DNA of 64,000 nucleotides from the NCBI GenBank assembly GCA_050294405.1, contig JBNKOC010000003.1:8083-72082 (forward strand), given 5' to 3'. Positions 10,210 through 20,091 of this stretch are shown here, piece by piece. The notes under the pieces are model-generated. The model saw only the letters and a program-made list of their open reading frames with translations. It was not told the DNA's origin and ran no database searches. The stretch is from Fibrobacteria bacterium (GTDB taxonomy: Bacteria > Fibrobacterota > Fibrobacteria > UBA11236 > JADFYW01). A program made the translations under genes and the position numbers. Each line of letters starts with the position of its first letter. Within the stretch, counting starts at the first letter, position 1.

Positions 10210-10287
10210 GTTCTCAAATGAGAACGTATTTAAATTAAAAATCATTAAAAATATTAAAAAAGGGGTAAATTAGTTCTCAAATAGAAT
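10210..10287. promoter_or_regulatory. Palindromic operator-like site GTTCTCA-AA-TGAGAAC plus a degenerate second copy
   Basis: Perfect inverted repeat at 10210-10225 and GTTCTCAAATAGAAT at 10273-10287, in a divergent intergenic region. Confidence 0.45.
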
Positions 10288-10315
10288 TATTTATTTGTTT
10301 ATATTTGAGGTCGGG

Positions 10316-12388
10316 ATGATTAAATCAGTTTCTCTTTTTTTCCTTTTAAGCATTTCTGCTTTCAATATGGAATGGCTATCAGGCATTTCTATTAATTCTC
10401 AAGTCAACAACATGGAGCTGGTAGATGGGATAGCCTACCTTGCCAGCCGAAACGAAGGTTTAATTACGGTAGATTTTAAAAACCCCTCCGAACCCATGCT
10501 ATTATCTAAATCCGATGGTTTACTTCAAGCGAGGGCGGTTTCTGTTAGCGGAAATTTTGCATTTGTGGCTGACAACAGTTTTGGCCTAAAAATTTTCGAT
10601 GTATCCAACCCGTCAGTACCTGAGTTAGTGGGAGAGTATGAGCTGGTTCCTCCAGCCAGCGTCCAGGGAAATGATAAATCAGCCTATGGTATTTGCCTTT
10701 ATAAAAATTACGCACTGGTTGTGGGCTTATCCCGCTTGACGGTTATTGATGTCACAAATCCTAAGTCCCCTCAATATGTTTCTGAATTAGAAGGGGCTGG
10801 CATCAACATTGGAAGAAATGGAGGTAAAAAGCTGGTTACTTACATGGACTATGTCTATATGGTTCATAAAGATTCAACTGTCTTAGTAATTAATTTGGCA
10901 AACGCACAGCAACCTAGCCTATTAGAACCTATCCACTTGGGGGGTAAATCTTCTTATGATTTGGCAATAGTAAGTAATAAGTTGGTGGTTTCCACTCAGG
11001 CCAGCAACTTGGAAGTTTACGATATCACAAATCCGGAAACTCCACAATACATCGGAAGCCAGAACATTGCGGGCAGTGCTTATTTTATGAGGGCCACAGA
11101 AAATACATTATATGTTGGCGGCAATACCATTAATAAACTGGAATTTAGCAATTCACAGGGTTCAACATGGATGGAAAACTTTTCCATTGGAGGAACGGTT
11201 GGAGCTCTTGCAGTGGAAGGAGACTATATATTGGCAAGCAACAGCCTAAGCCTACAACTGTTAAAAGGGACAAGCCTGAATCCAAACCCGCTATTTAGGA
11301 AATTACTGTCTCAACTATCTACAAAAATTGGAAATTTTAATAATAGAGTTGCAATAACAGGCTCAGGTGGTGCCTTTACTTTATTTGATGTGAGCGACCA
11401 TGCAATGCCAGAATTGCAGTTTAACCGGCCAGCAAATTTTTTTGTAGAGGACACCAAAATAGGCTTTAATCAGGACCATCTATTCCTGAACATCTATTCA
11501 GATTTGGAAATGTGGAATCTGGGAGATTCGGCTAAACCTTTTTTAGAAGGGACCTATCGGGGAACCAATATTTCAGATTTCGAAATATCAGGAGCGACAG
11601 CTTTTATTGTAGGAAATAGTTTTGCGGTTGTGGATGTTTCAAACCCTTTATCTCCTAAAGAGTTATACATTGAGGAAAATTTAACGGGATACACTAATGT
11701 TTTATTGACAGAGCAATTTGCATATGTCTTTGGCCCATCTGGAATTCGAATTTATGACTTTTCCATCTTAACCTCTCCGGTTTTAGTGGATGACATTAGT
11801 AGTTTAGGGGCGGTGCTAAACATGCAAATTCTTGGGGAGAACGCATTTTTGCTTGGGGCGGATTCCACTATCCATAGTTTAAATTTACAAAGTTTTACCC
11901 CCCTAGCCAGTTTTAAAATTAATCGCGATGTTTTCGATATGGAACTAATGGGCGAACGCTTGTTTTTAGCAACCGGTTCCAGTCAAATTTTAACGGTTCA
12001 GATTAGCGATCCTATCCATTTAAAGATGGGGCCAAGCTATTATAGCCCGGGAGACAGTAAGGATATTAGTGTGTCGCAAGATTACATTTATGTAGCTGAT
12101 GGTTGGGCGGGCTTTAGCATAGTTGAAATAAGTAAACCCACTACTGGGTTAAAGTTTGTAAATAGAATTCCAATGCATCCAGAGGCTAAATTAATTCAGG
12201 TCCCTGCCTCAAATTCCCACAGGCAGATAAAAATAAATTGGGAGGCGCATTTAATGCCGGAAGCTATTTATATCTACAATATGATGGGCAGGCAAATAAA
12301 AAAAATCAATGCGAAGGGACAGGGCTTTATGTACTGGGATGTAAGTTTAATATCGCCTGGAAGCTATTATTATAGGTTTTACCCATGA
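10316..12388 (+). CDS. LVIVD-repeat beta-propeller secreted protein
   Basis: Repeats such as VSGNFAFVADNSFGLKIFDVSNPSVPELVG; signal peptide from ATG 10316; YNMMGRQ tail. Confidence 0.85.
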   Translation: MIKSVSLFFLLSISAFNMEWLSGISINSQVNNMELVDGIAYLASRNEGLITVDFKNPSEPMLLSKSDGLLQARAVSVSGNFAFVADNSFGLKIFDVSNPSVPELVGEYELVPPASVQGNDKSAYGICLYKNYALVVGLSRLTVIDVTNPKSPQYVSELEGAGINIGRNGGKKLVTYMDYVYMVHKDSTVLVINLANAQQPSLLEPIHLGGKSSYDLAIVSNKLVVSTQASNLEVYDITNPETPQYIGSQNIAGSAYFMRATENTLYVGGNTINKLEFSNSQGSTWMENFSIGGTVGALAVEGDYILASNSLSLQLLKGTSLNPNPLFRKLLSQLSTKIGNFNNRVAITGSGGAFTLFDVSDHAMPELQFNRPANFFVEDTKIGFNQDHLFLNIYSDLEMWNLGDSAKPFLEGTYRGTNISDFEISGATAFIVGNSFAVVDVSNPLSPKELYIEENLTGYTNVLLTEQFAYVFGPSGIRIYDFSILTSPVLVDDISSLGAVLNMQILGENAFLLGADSTIHSLNLQSFTPLASFKINRDVFDMELMGERLFLATGSSQILTVQISDPIHLKMGPSYYSPGDSKDISVSQDYIYVADGWAGFSIVEISKPTTGLKFVNRIPMHPEAKLIQVPASNSHRQIKINWEAHLMPEAIYIYNMMGRQIKKINAKGQGFMYWDVSLISPGSYYYRFYP

Positions 12389-13212
12389 TTGATGTTTTTA
12401 AATATTCCAATTATCGGGAATATATAAAGGACTATTATTTTTTTCGCAAGGAAAAACAGTCCAGTTACAGTTATCGCGCAATGGCATTCAAGGCGGGGAT
12501 TAATTCCTCGTCTTTTTTTAAATATGTTATAGAAGGAAAGCGTAATTTAAGTAAAGGAACTTTGGAAAAAGCGGTGGATGCCTTTGGGTTAAAGGGGCTG
12601 GAGCGGGATTATTTTAAAAATCTGGTAATGTTAAATCAGGCCGCAACAGTTGGGGATAATGCCCGTTATTTTGCCAAGCTTACGGAAATTCGAAATCAGC
12701 ACGAAATAAAAATCGTGGAGCCCAGGGATTATGAGTTTTATTCGGAATGGTATCATCCCGTTGTGAGAGAGCTTGCCGTGATTCCAGAGCTAAAGAGCCC
12801 CGAAGATATTGCAAAATGCTTAGTACCAGAGGTTAGTCCTGCAAAAGTTCGTGAATCCCAGGATATGTTATTGCGCTTGGGGTTTTTGCTAAAAGGAAAA
12901 AATGGAGGATATAAACAACGGGAACCTGTGCTTTCTTCAGGCCAGGAAATGCGTAGAGCCTCAATTTTAAGTTACCAGATAAAAATGTTTAACCTGTCCA
13001 TAGATGCCCTGTCCAAAGCTAAGCAAGGGAGCTATTTGGCATCCAGCACCGTACTTGGTTTATCCAATCCAAATTTTGAAAAGGCTAAAGAAATAATCCG
13101 GAAATGCAGATATAAGCTTCTGGATATGGCGGCTAAAGAAAAAAAGGTGGACCAAGTACAGCAATTAAACATACATTTATTTCCAGTTGGAAAAATCAAG
13201 CATGACAATTAA
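12385..13212 (+). CDS. TIGR02147 family protein (HTH plus DUF4423)
   Basis: IDVFKYSNYREYIKDYY, GKRNLS, FYSEWYHPVVREL and C-terminal QLNIHLFP. Confidence 0.9.
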   Translation: MIDVFKYSNYREYIKDYYFFRKEKQSSYSYRAMAFKAGINSSSFFKYVIEGKRNLSKGTLEKAVDAFGLKGLERDYFKNLVMLNQAATVGDNARYFAKLTEIRNQHEIKIVEPRDYEFYSEWYHPVVRELAVIPELKSPEDIAKCLVPEVSPAKVRESQDMLLRLGFLLKGKNGGYKQREPVLSSGQEMRRASILSYQIKMFNLSIDALSKAKQGSYLASSTVLGLSNPNFEKAKEIIRKCRYKLLDMAAKEKKVDQVQQLNIHLFPVGKIKHDN

Positions 13213-13906
13213 CCTCCTTTTTAAGAAAAGCCTGAAAGGCTCTATTATGTTATGGTTGATTTTTTCTCTTTTTTTTACGCAATGTGTGTTACTGGGGGGA
13301 TCAGATACTGAAACTGCTAACAAAAATGACGAAAACACCATTATGGGAATCGTCTATAATGAATCCGGAGAAATAGCGCCGGGAGCTTGGATAAGCATTA
13401 TGCCCTCTGATTTTGTCCCCAACGAAACAAATCGTTTTCAATTCCAAATCCAAAGCGATTCCATGGGAGAATACAAATTTGAAGGGCTTGATGTTGATCA
13501 AAGTTATAATATTGCGGCTAGTTTAAATCAAAGTAATTTAGTTGCGCTTGAAAAGAATATTGTTCCGAGCAAGGATGCTTACAATATAAACTTGAATAAG
13601 CCTCTTCGATTGGAAATCACATTGGAATATGTGGATTATGCCTATGAGAAACTGGATTCTACCCATACATATTTTCCCGGCACCAACATATGGGCCCGTT
13701 GCGACAGCTTTACGGTAATTGATAGCTTGCCATCGGGTGCAGCTAGTATGGTTTTTAACAACTCCAAGGAAGAAAGGGCTTTGTTTTTAATTCCAAACCA
13801 GAAGGAAAGTTTTGGGCCTGTAGTCAATGCCGACCCCGGCGATACTTTGAGAATAAAAGTCTTGAAATATTTTGGGCAAGCTTACCAATTGGACAGTATA
13901 GAATAA
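13202..13906 (+). CDS. Lipoprotein with carboxypeptidase-regulatory-like (transthyretin-like) domain
   Basis: Hydrophobic stretch ending FTQC, then GGSDTETAN; GIVYNESG...SDSMGEYKF motif. Confidence 0.7.
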   Translation: MTINLLFKKSLKGSIMLWLIFSLFFTQCVLLGGSDTETANKNDENTIMGIVYNESGEIAPGAWISIMPSDFVPNETNRFQFQIQSDSMGEYKFEGLDVDQSYNIAASLNQSNLVALEKNIVPSKDAYNINLNKPLRLEITLEYVDYAYEKLDSTHTYFPGTNIWARCDSFTVIDSLPSGAASMVFNNSKEERALFLIPNQKESFGPVVNADPGDTLRIKVLKYFGQAYQLDSIE

Positions 13907-13965
13907 TTTTTTCCCCTCAAGTAAACGTATTCTTTTATTTTGTTTGAATAATTATTATAAACAAA

Positions 13966-14496
13966 ATGGGAATTCGCATTATGGAAGAGCAAAAAAAGCA
14001 ATTAGAAATTGAAAAGCTTAGAAAAGAAGTCCAAGTTTTAGAGCTTGAAATAAAAACTCGCCAAAGCTCCGAAAAAAGAAAACTGCTTATGTTGTTGTCC
14101 ATTATCATTGGGATTTTGGCTTCGGCGTTCGGAACTTATCAAGCCCTGGCTGAGGTAAAAAACAAGAATAAGCAATTGGCTATTGAGTCCGAAATTAGAT
14201 CTCATGAAATATTTTTAAACCAGGTCATTGATAGGAGATCCGGTACTAAGTCCCAGCACGAGGAAATGGGCCCATCGGGTAAAATGGAAATTGTGGCCAG
14301 AGAATACTATGGCCGGGCGACCCAGCAGGCAGCTTATACATCAGCTGTGACTCTGGCCAAAAATTTTAAAAATTTGCGACCCGTTACTCATTTCCTTCTG
14401 AATTATCAATTAAGATGGGTGGACCCGAATAACGATACTGAAAATGAAAAAGAGTATATCGATGGGCTAATTGAAGAATTAAACTATACCCCATAA
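13966..14496 (+). CDS. Hypothetical membrane-anchored protein
   Basis: 176-aa ORF with an N-terminal coiled coil and a single TM helix. Confidence 0.6.
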   Translation: MGIRIMEEQKKQLEIEKLRKEVQVLELEIKTRQSSEKRKLLMLLSIIIGILASAFGTYQALAEVKNKNKQLAIESEIRSHEIFLNQVIDRRSGTKSQHEEMGPSGKMEIVAREYYGRATQQAAYTSAVTLAKNFKNLRPVTHFLLNYQLRWVDPNNDTENEKEYIDGLIEELNYTP

Positions 14497-14663
14497 AATT
14501 GGGTGGCCTAATATTTGCCGCTTTTTGTATTATTATAGCCTCAAAATTCTCTAATTAATTTTAGCATCCCTTCAATTGTGGAAAAAAAACCTTGGGATTA
14601 GCTTGTTTTAACTAAATTTTCTTCATGCGTAACTAATTTATCCTAACAAGGGAGATAACTAAC

Positions 14664-15647
14664 ATGGAAGCAAATTCCCAATTAGCATTGGACCAAAGAG
14701 AAGAGCCTTTCCAATATCAGGGCGTGGGCAGCGAGCTTTTTGGCATCTATTTAAAAACTGTTTTACTCACTATAGTAACTCTGGGCATCTATCGTTTTTG
14801 GGGCAAGGTGCAAATCAATAAATATCTGTTTTCCCACACTAGTTTTTTGGGACGTAGTTTTGGTTACCACGCTACAGGCAAGGAGAGGTTTATTGGCTTT
14901 CTTAAAGGGGCAGCCGTGGTGATCTTGTTATTGATTGCAGCCATGATGCTTCCTTTAATTTTAGGCCCGCAAACAGGACAGCTCGTGTCCAGTGCAATGT
15001 TTACTGTAATTATATTGGGAGCCCAGCCTTTAATCATCGTGGGCAGGCACCGCTATTTATTAAGCCGATCGTCCTGGAGCAATGTACGCTTTCGTTTTGC
15101 CGGAAACTTTAAAGAATTTGCTCCTATGTATTATAAAGGTGTTCTATTGGGAGTGCTGACTTTAGGGATTTACAGCCCCTGGTTTATTAACAATATCCTT
15201 CATTATTTATTGGGTAAGTCCAATTTGGGAGACAAACAGTTTAGTTTTTACGGGGAAGGCAAAAAAATCTTTTTTATATACTTAAAAGGTATTTTACTTA
15301 GCATAGTGACTTTAGGCATATATTCTTTTTGGTATACGGCTAACCTAATTCGATATGTTTTTTCTCAAACTGAACTAGACGGCAATAAGTTTAATTGTAA
15401 AATAACGGGCGGAACATTGTTTAAAATATATTTGGTATCCTTTTTAATTGTTTTGTTTACTCTGGGATTTGGCTTAGCCTTTGCCGTGAATTATTCCATG
15501 TATCAATTTTTTGGTAAACTGAGCTTGGAAGCCGACGCCCAATCTCTAAAAGATTTACAAAATGTTTCAGATAGCCAGGCATCAGCCTTCGCGGATGGTG
15601 TTAGCGAAGCTGTGGATGCTCTGGACGCTATTGGCAGCATGATTTGA
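14664..15647 (+). CDS. YjgN/DUF898 family inner membrane protein
   Basis: Repeated LLTIVTLGIY.FW motifs; RBS GGAG; adjacent to an M48 peptidase, the usual pairing. Confidence 0.9.
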   Translation: MEANSQLALDQREEPFQYQGVGSELFGIYLKTVLLTIVTLGIYRFWGKVQINKYLFSHTSFLGRSFGYHATGKERFIGFLKGAAVVILLLIAAMMLPLILGPQTGQLVSSAMFTVIILGAQPLIIVGRHRYLLSRSSWSNVRFRFAGNFKEFAPMYYKGVLLGVLTLGIYSPWFINNILHYLLGKSNLGDKQFSFYGEGKKIFFIYLKGILLSIVTLGIYSFWYTANLIRYVFSQTELDGNKFNCKITGGTLFKIYLVSFLIVLFTLGFGLAFAVNYSMYQFFGKLSLEADAQSLKDLQNVSDSQASAFADGVSEAVDALDAIGSMI

Positions 15648-15720
15648 TTTTATATTCTTAGTGAGAGCAACGATGTATTATGTCGTGAGGGCAATTTTCA
15701 GAGTTTGGCTTAATTAAGTT

Positions 15721-16971
15721 ATGTATTCGGTTCTATATTTCGATGGAAAAAAATCCGATCCCCACTCCGTGGAAATGGAAGTGGGGGAGCGCAGTATAAG
15801 GTTAATTTCCAGTAAGGGGAATACGCTTCGTCAGTTTAGCTACAAAGATATAACCCACTTAAATAAGATAGGGCAAAAGTACCAGCTTGAATTAATAGCC
15901 CTCATTACAGGCGATGCTGTGGAGCTTATCGAATTTGAGGGGATTGAAATTTATAACTTAGTTCAGCGTTATCGGCAGCTACACTCCTCTTCCATTGCTA
16001 AATCCATATTCTTTTTTGACAGACAGAATCTGGCAGGCAAACTGACATTGACTTTTGGCTTAGGCGCAGGGTTTTTATTGCTGGTGTTTTTAGCATTTAG
16101 TAACATCCACTTTTTTATTCCTAAAAGATACGACTTGTATTTGGGAGAAAAAATTGAAAAGCAATTACTCAGAAAAGCTGAGGTATGCGAATCAGACTCT
16201 CTTTTAGAATTTATAAACAAGGTCGAAGAAGTTTTATCCATGCCAGAAGATAATTTTAAGCCTAAAATACATTTGGTGAATTATCCGCTGGTAAATGCGG
16301 TGGCCTTTCCCGGTGGAAAGATTTTTTTATTCAAGGGTTTGGTTAAAGTCAGTGAATCGCCAGAAGAAGTCATTGCTGTACTGGCCCACGAAATGGAACA
16401 CGCTGAAAGACGTCACGGCATAAAACAAATGTCCCGGTCGGTGGGAATGGCCTTTATGGCATCTATGGTTATCGGTATGGCTGTAGAAGGTGTTGAAATC
16501 TTTGAAGCTGCTGAATTTATGGGCGAAATTTTATCTACTCTGCTTTATCTCAAATATTCCCGGGGTTTTGAGGAAGAAGCTGATAAACTGGCCGTTAAAA
16601 GATTGCACTCTAAAGAAATTACTGCCCAGGGAATGGCTGATTTTTTTAAGCGGTTAGACAGCCTTTCTAAAAAGGAAGATAAAAAAGAAGAAAAGAAGAA
16701 TGAGGCAGGCAACATAACAGAGAATCAAGGTAAAATAGCATCTGAGCAAAAGGGTGAAGAACAAGTTGATGATAAAGCAGAATCTTTATCAAGCTGGTTT
16801 CAAACCCACCCTCAGAGTAAAAAGCGATATACATACATTCAAAAAGCGGTAGAGGCTGAATCCTTTGGACCTAACCCTTTGTTAGCAGCTGAGCGGGCTA
16901 ATTGGAACGAGCTTAAAAATTCCTGCCCTGATTCAAAAAAGCCATTAAAAATTTGGAAGCTTATTTTTTAA
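15721..16971 (+). CDS. M48 family metallopeptidase
   Basis: NAVAFPGG, zinc motif HEMEH, YSRGFEEEAD, THP. Confidence 0.9.
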   Translation: MYSVLYFDGKKSDPHSVEMEVGERSIRLISSKGNTLRQFSYKDITHLNKIGQKYQLELIALITGDAVELIEFEGIEIYNLVQRYRQLHSSSIAKSIFFFDRQNLAGKLTLTFGLGAGFLLLVFLAFSNIHFFIPKRYDLYLGEKIEKQLLRKAEVCESDSLLEFINKVEEVLSMPEDNFKPKIHLVNYPLVNAVAFPGGKIFLFKGLVKVSESPEEVIAVLAHEMEHAERRHGIKQMSRSVGMAFMASMVIGMAVEGVEIFEAAEFMGEILSTLLYLKYSRGFEEEADKLAVKRLHSKEITAQGMADFFKRLDSLSKKEDKKEEKKNEAGNITENQGKIASEQKGEEQVDDKAESLSSWFQTHPQSKKRYTYIQKAVEAESFGPNPLLAAERANWNELKNSCPDSKKPLKIWKLIF

Positions 16972-16982
16972 AATCGAGAAAT

Positions 16983-17014
16983 AAAAAAAGCCCCTCACAT
17001 TGAGGAGCCTTTTT
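16983..17014. terminator. Probable bidirectional terminator
   Basis: A-tract, imperfect GCCCCTCA/TGAGGAGC stem and T-tract between convergent genes. Confidence 0.6.
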
Positions 17015-17034
17015 GTGCTTGCAAATTTTACTTT

Positions 17035-17694
17035 TTATTTTTTTCTGCGACGAGCAGCGAAGCCTAAAAGACCTAGTCCCATAAGAGCTAAAGTAGCTGG
17101 TTCAGGAACAGCTTCGGCTACAACTTCCAATTGGTAACGTTCGGTTTCGCCCTGGTAGCGAACAGTGTTCTTTTCCCAAAGGCTAAAATCATAAGTGGTA
17201 GGTCTGTCGTTAGAAGTACCGTACATGGCAGAAAGGTCGCGGCTGCACATAACAGAGGCGAACATGTTAAAAATACCAGTGTTGTCGAAAACGTAATCAA
17301 ATGAGAATTGATATTGAGGGCCATTATAAGGATCAGAAATCCAACCGCCTCCGGTTTCGTCAATTAAAAAGGGGTAACCGCTATCTTTTAACAAAGAGCC
17401 ATTGGCAGTCAACGGAGCATTGATAACTTCGTCTTCCATCCAGATTTTGAGGGCATCATAATCGTGGTCGCCACGATACTGTTTGTCCATGGTGATGGTG
17501 AATGTTACAACTTCGTTAACTTCAATAACGTTGTCGCCGGAAGCATCTTCCCAAGAGGCGCCCGCAATTTCTTGCCACCAGGTATTGTATTGGTTTACCT
17601 GTGTGGAGACCATATTAACAGGAGTTGCATAAGACATACCCACAAGAGCAGAACCAATCAGGGCGGGTTTAATAAGATTTTTAATGTTTAACAT
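17035..17694 (-). CDS. PEP-CTERM sorting domain protein
   Basis: Signal peptide; C-terminal VPEPATLALMGLGLLGFAARRRKK. Confidence 0.95.
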   Translation of the reverse strand: MLNIKNLIKPALIGSALVGMSYATPVNMVSTQVNQYNTWWQEIAGASWEDASGDNVIEVNEVVTFTITMDKQYRGDHDYDALKIWMEDEVINAPLTANGSLLKDSGYPFLIDETGGGWISDPYNGPQYQFSFDYVFDNTGIFNMFASVMCSRDLSAMYGTSNDRPTTYDFSLWEKNTVRYQGETERYQLEVVAEAVPEPATLALMGLGLLGFAARRRKK

Positions 17695-17726
17695 ATTTTT
17701 TTCCTTTAAAAGCTATTAGACTTTAC

Positions 17727-17742
17727 TGCAAATAGCATGCCT
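17727..17742 (-). promoter_or_regulatory. Sigma54 (-24/-12) promoter of the PEP-CTERM gene
   Basis: Minus strand AGGCATGCTATTTGCA matches GG-N10-GC. Confidence 0.7.
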
Positions 17743-17791
17743 AATAAATTCCTTATAAAATGATGAAATTTGGCCATGCTTTTTTATAATC

Positions 17792-17828
17792 TGTTAAAAA
17801 ACCCAAAAATGCGTCGAATTTTTTTACA
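17792..17828. promoter_or_regulatory. Two enhancer-like sites (TGT-N11-ACA type) upstream of the sigma54 promoter
   Basis: TGTAAAAAAATTCGACG (minus, 17828-17812) and TGTTAAAAAACCCAAAA (plus, 17792-17808). Confidence 0.5.
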
Positions 17829-17925
17829 GTTTCATTCGGGGGAGCACGGCAAACCATAATGGGGAAAATCAGGTTTTGTAAATTTAAATTGCAATTGAGT
17901 AACAGTATTGTTTGAGAGTAAAAAT

Positions 17926-18213
17926 ATGAAAAAAGGTTATTGGATAGTGAGAGCTGATGTATCGGATATGACGAAGTTTTCTGATTATGCCTCTAAAACC
18001 CCTGAGGCGCTTGGGAAGTATAAAGGACAATTCTTGGTTAGGGCAGGTCAGCAAAAAATTGTTGAAGGCCAATCAAGAGCGAGGAATAGCGTAATTGAAT
18101 TTCCAAGTTATAAAGATGCTTTGGATTGTTGGAATTCGGAGGAATACCAAAATGCAAGACAAATCCGAATTGGCGCGGCAGAACTAGACATCGTCGTGAT
18201 AGAGGGTCCGTAA
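17926..18213 (+). CDS. DUF1330 family protein
   Basis: KYKGQFLVRAG, VIEFPS and WNSEEYQ motifs. Confidence 0.9.
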   Translation: MKKGYWIVRADVSDMTKFSDYASKTPEALGKYKGQFLVRAGQQKIVEGQSRARNSVIEFPSYKDALDCWNSEEYQNARQIRIGAAELDIVVIEGP

Positions 18214-18245
18214 ATTATCTGTGTCAGGTAAGCGGGTTGCATAAT

Positions 18246-18989
18246 ATGGAATTTTCTCCTAAGAATAATGTGGTTAAACTCTGTCTTCAGGGGATTGGTT
18301 ATGAAGAACAAAAAGAACCTGACAAAGCCCTAAACCTCTTTGTTGAGGCCTGGAACCAAGCGACGGATGAACACGAAAAATTTATTTGCGCCTTTTTTTT
18401 AGCCCGGACCTCAAAGAACATTGCAGACGAATTAAAGTGGCTGGAAAACGCTTTGCTGTTCGCTTTAAACATTAATGATGATCGTGTAAATAGCGCTCTT
18501 CCTGATTTATATACAAACATAGCCAAATGCTATGAAATAAACAACGATTTGGAAAAGGCAACAGAATACCAAAAATTAACTTCATCCATAAGCTTAATGC
18601 CAACTCACAAGGGTCCCTTTTACCATGGGACCAGAGCTGATTTGAAAGTCGGTGAATTGTTAGTTCCAGGGGGAAGATCAAACTACCAGGCTAGCTTAAT
18701 AATGAACCATATATATTTTACTGCTTTGGTTAGTGGGGCAGGGTTAGCTGCGGAAATGGCGAAGGCGGATGGTGATGCGCGAGTATACATTGTGGAACCC
18801 ACTGGTGAATTTGAAAATGATCCAAATGTTACCAATAAAAAATTTCCTGGAAATCCAACTCTTTCTTATCGCTCTGGTGAGCCATTAAAAATCCTAGGAG
18901 AAATAACAGATTGGGAAAGACAAACAGCCAACGAAATTCAAAAATGGCGCGAAAGGCTTGCTAAGAATAAGGGTGAAATAATTAATTGA
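18246..18989 (+). CDS. arr: NAD(+)-rifampin ADP-ribosyltransferase with N-terminal TPR-like domain
   Basis: C-terminal half carries FYHGT, NHIYFT and VYIVEPTGEFENDPNVTNKKFPGNPTLSYRS; the N-terminal half is helical and TPR-like. Confidence 0.9.
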   Translation: MEFSPKNNVVKLCLQGIGYEEQKEPDKALNLFVEAWNQATDEHEKFICAFFLARTSKNIADELKWLENALLFALNINDDRVNSALPDLYTNIAKCYEINNDLEKATEYQKLTSSISLMPTHKGPFYHGTRADLKVGELLVPGGRSNYQASLIMNHIYFTALVSGAGLAAEMAKADGDARVYIVEPTGEFENDPNVTNKKFPGNPTLSYRSGEPLKILGEITDWERQTANEIQKWRERLAKNKGEIIN

Positions 18990-19197
18990 TAGACCTTCTT
19001 GAATATATTTGAGATACCAACCTTTCTTCGGCGGTTTCCAAAATGTATCCAAAAAAAAATAAGACTGTAAATAGTGTATCTCCTCAATCAATTAAAAATG
19101 CCATTTAAAGCAAAAAATCGCTAATAATTGACCCTCAATAACTTGTAAGATACCGAAAAAGGTTTTCTGCTAGAAACCGTTTTTTGATGTTACTAGA

Positions 19198-19226
19198 TTG
19201 ACTTTACCAATAATGGACTGTACATT
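19198..19226 (+). promoter_or_regulatory. Sigma70-type promoter of the second TIGR02147 gene
   Basis: TTGACT-N17-TACATT, with an imperfect inverted repeat at ~19156-19184 just upstream. Confidence 0.55.
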
Positions 19227-19244
19227 TCAATTTAGAGACTTAAC

Positions 19245-20087
19245 ATGCCAGATATATTCCAATACAATGACTTCCGGCTTTACTTGGGAAAATTCTACGA
19301 AGAGAAAAAGAAAAAGCAGGCCTCATTTTCTTATCAGAGCTTTTCCCGTCTAGCTGGGTTTACAAGTAAATCTTCGGTGTTGAATGTAATTCAGGGTAGA
19401 AAAAATCTTTCAAAAGCTTCAATTGTAAAAATGGGCGAGGCACTTAAATTAGGAAAAACCGAACGGGAGTATTTTGAAGCCTTGGTGCATTTTAATCAAG
19501 CGAAAGGTTTTAAGGAAAAAAATCACTATTATGATAAACTGGATTCAATTCGTTGCACTAACGGAGAAGCAGGTCATTCTAAAAAGTTGCGCCGAAATCA
19601 ATTTGAATTTTATTCCCAATGGTATCACGCAGCAATTCGTTCTATTATTGGAATGTATCCATTCAAAGACAATTATGCATGGCTTGCCAAGAAGGTGAAC
19701 CCACCCATAAACATAAACCAGGCAAAGAAATCTGTACGACTGTTGGAAAACATGGGGCTAATTGAAAAAACTCCAGATGGCATATATAAAATTACAGATC
19801 AGCATATTTCTACTGGTCGGGAAATTAAAAACCTGGCAGTACATCATTTTCACCTAAAATGTTTGGACTTAGCAAAAGCTGCGCTTGAGGAATTACCTCA
19901 AGATAAAAGAAATATTTCCGGCTTAACCTTAGGGATATCTGAAAAGGCATATAAAAATATTTGTGAAGAAATTTATAAGTTACAGGAAAAATTAATTTCA
20001 CTTGCTGAAAAAGATGTTTATTCTAATTCGGTTTATCAGGTAAACTTTCAAATTTTCCCTATGACAAACCATGAAAGAAAAGGGTAA
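19245..20087 (+). CDS. TIGR02147 family protein (HTH plus DUF4423)
   Basis: PDIFQYNDFRLYL, GRKNLS, FYSQWYHAAIR, RNISGLTLGIS and YQVNFQIFP. Confidence 0.92.
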   Translation: MPDIFQYNDFRLYLGKFYEEKKKKQASFSYQSFSRLAGFTSKSSVLNVIQGRKNLSKASIVKMGEALKLGKTEREYFEALVHFNQAKGFKEKNHYYDKLDSIRCTNGEAGHSKKLRRNQFEFYSQWYHAAIRSIIGMYPFKDNYAWLAKKVNPPININQAKKSVRLLENMGLIEKTPDGIYKITDQHISTGREIKNLAVHHFHLKCLDLAKAALEELPQDKRNISGLTLGISEKAYKNICEEIYKLQEKLISLAEKDVYSNSVYQVNFQIFPMTNHERKG

Positions 20088-20091
20088 GATA

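Noticed and set aside
17841..17880. GGCAAACC sequence resembling a c-di-GMP-I riboswitch P1/P2 junction
   Set aside because: It lacks the GNRA-capped P2 and the downstream GCAAA/P3 elements.
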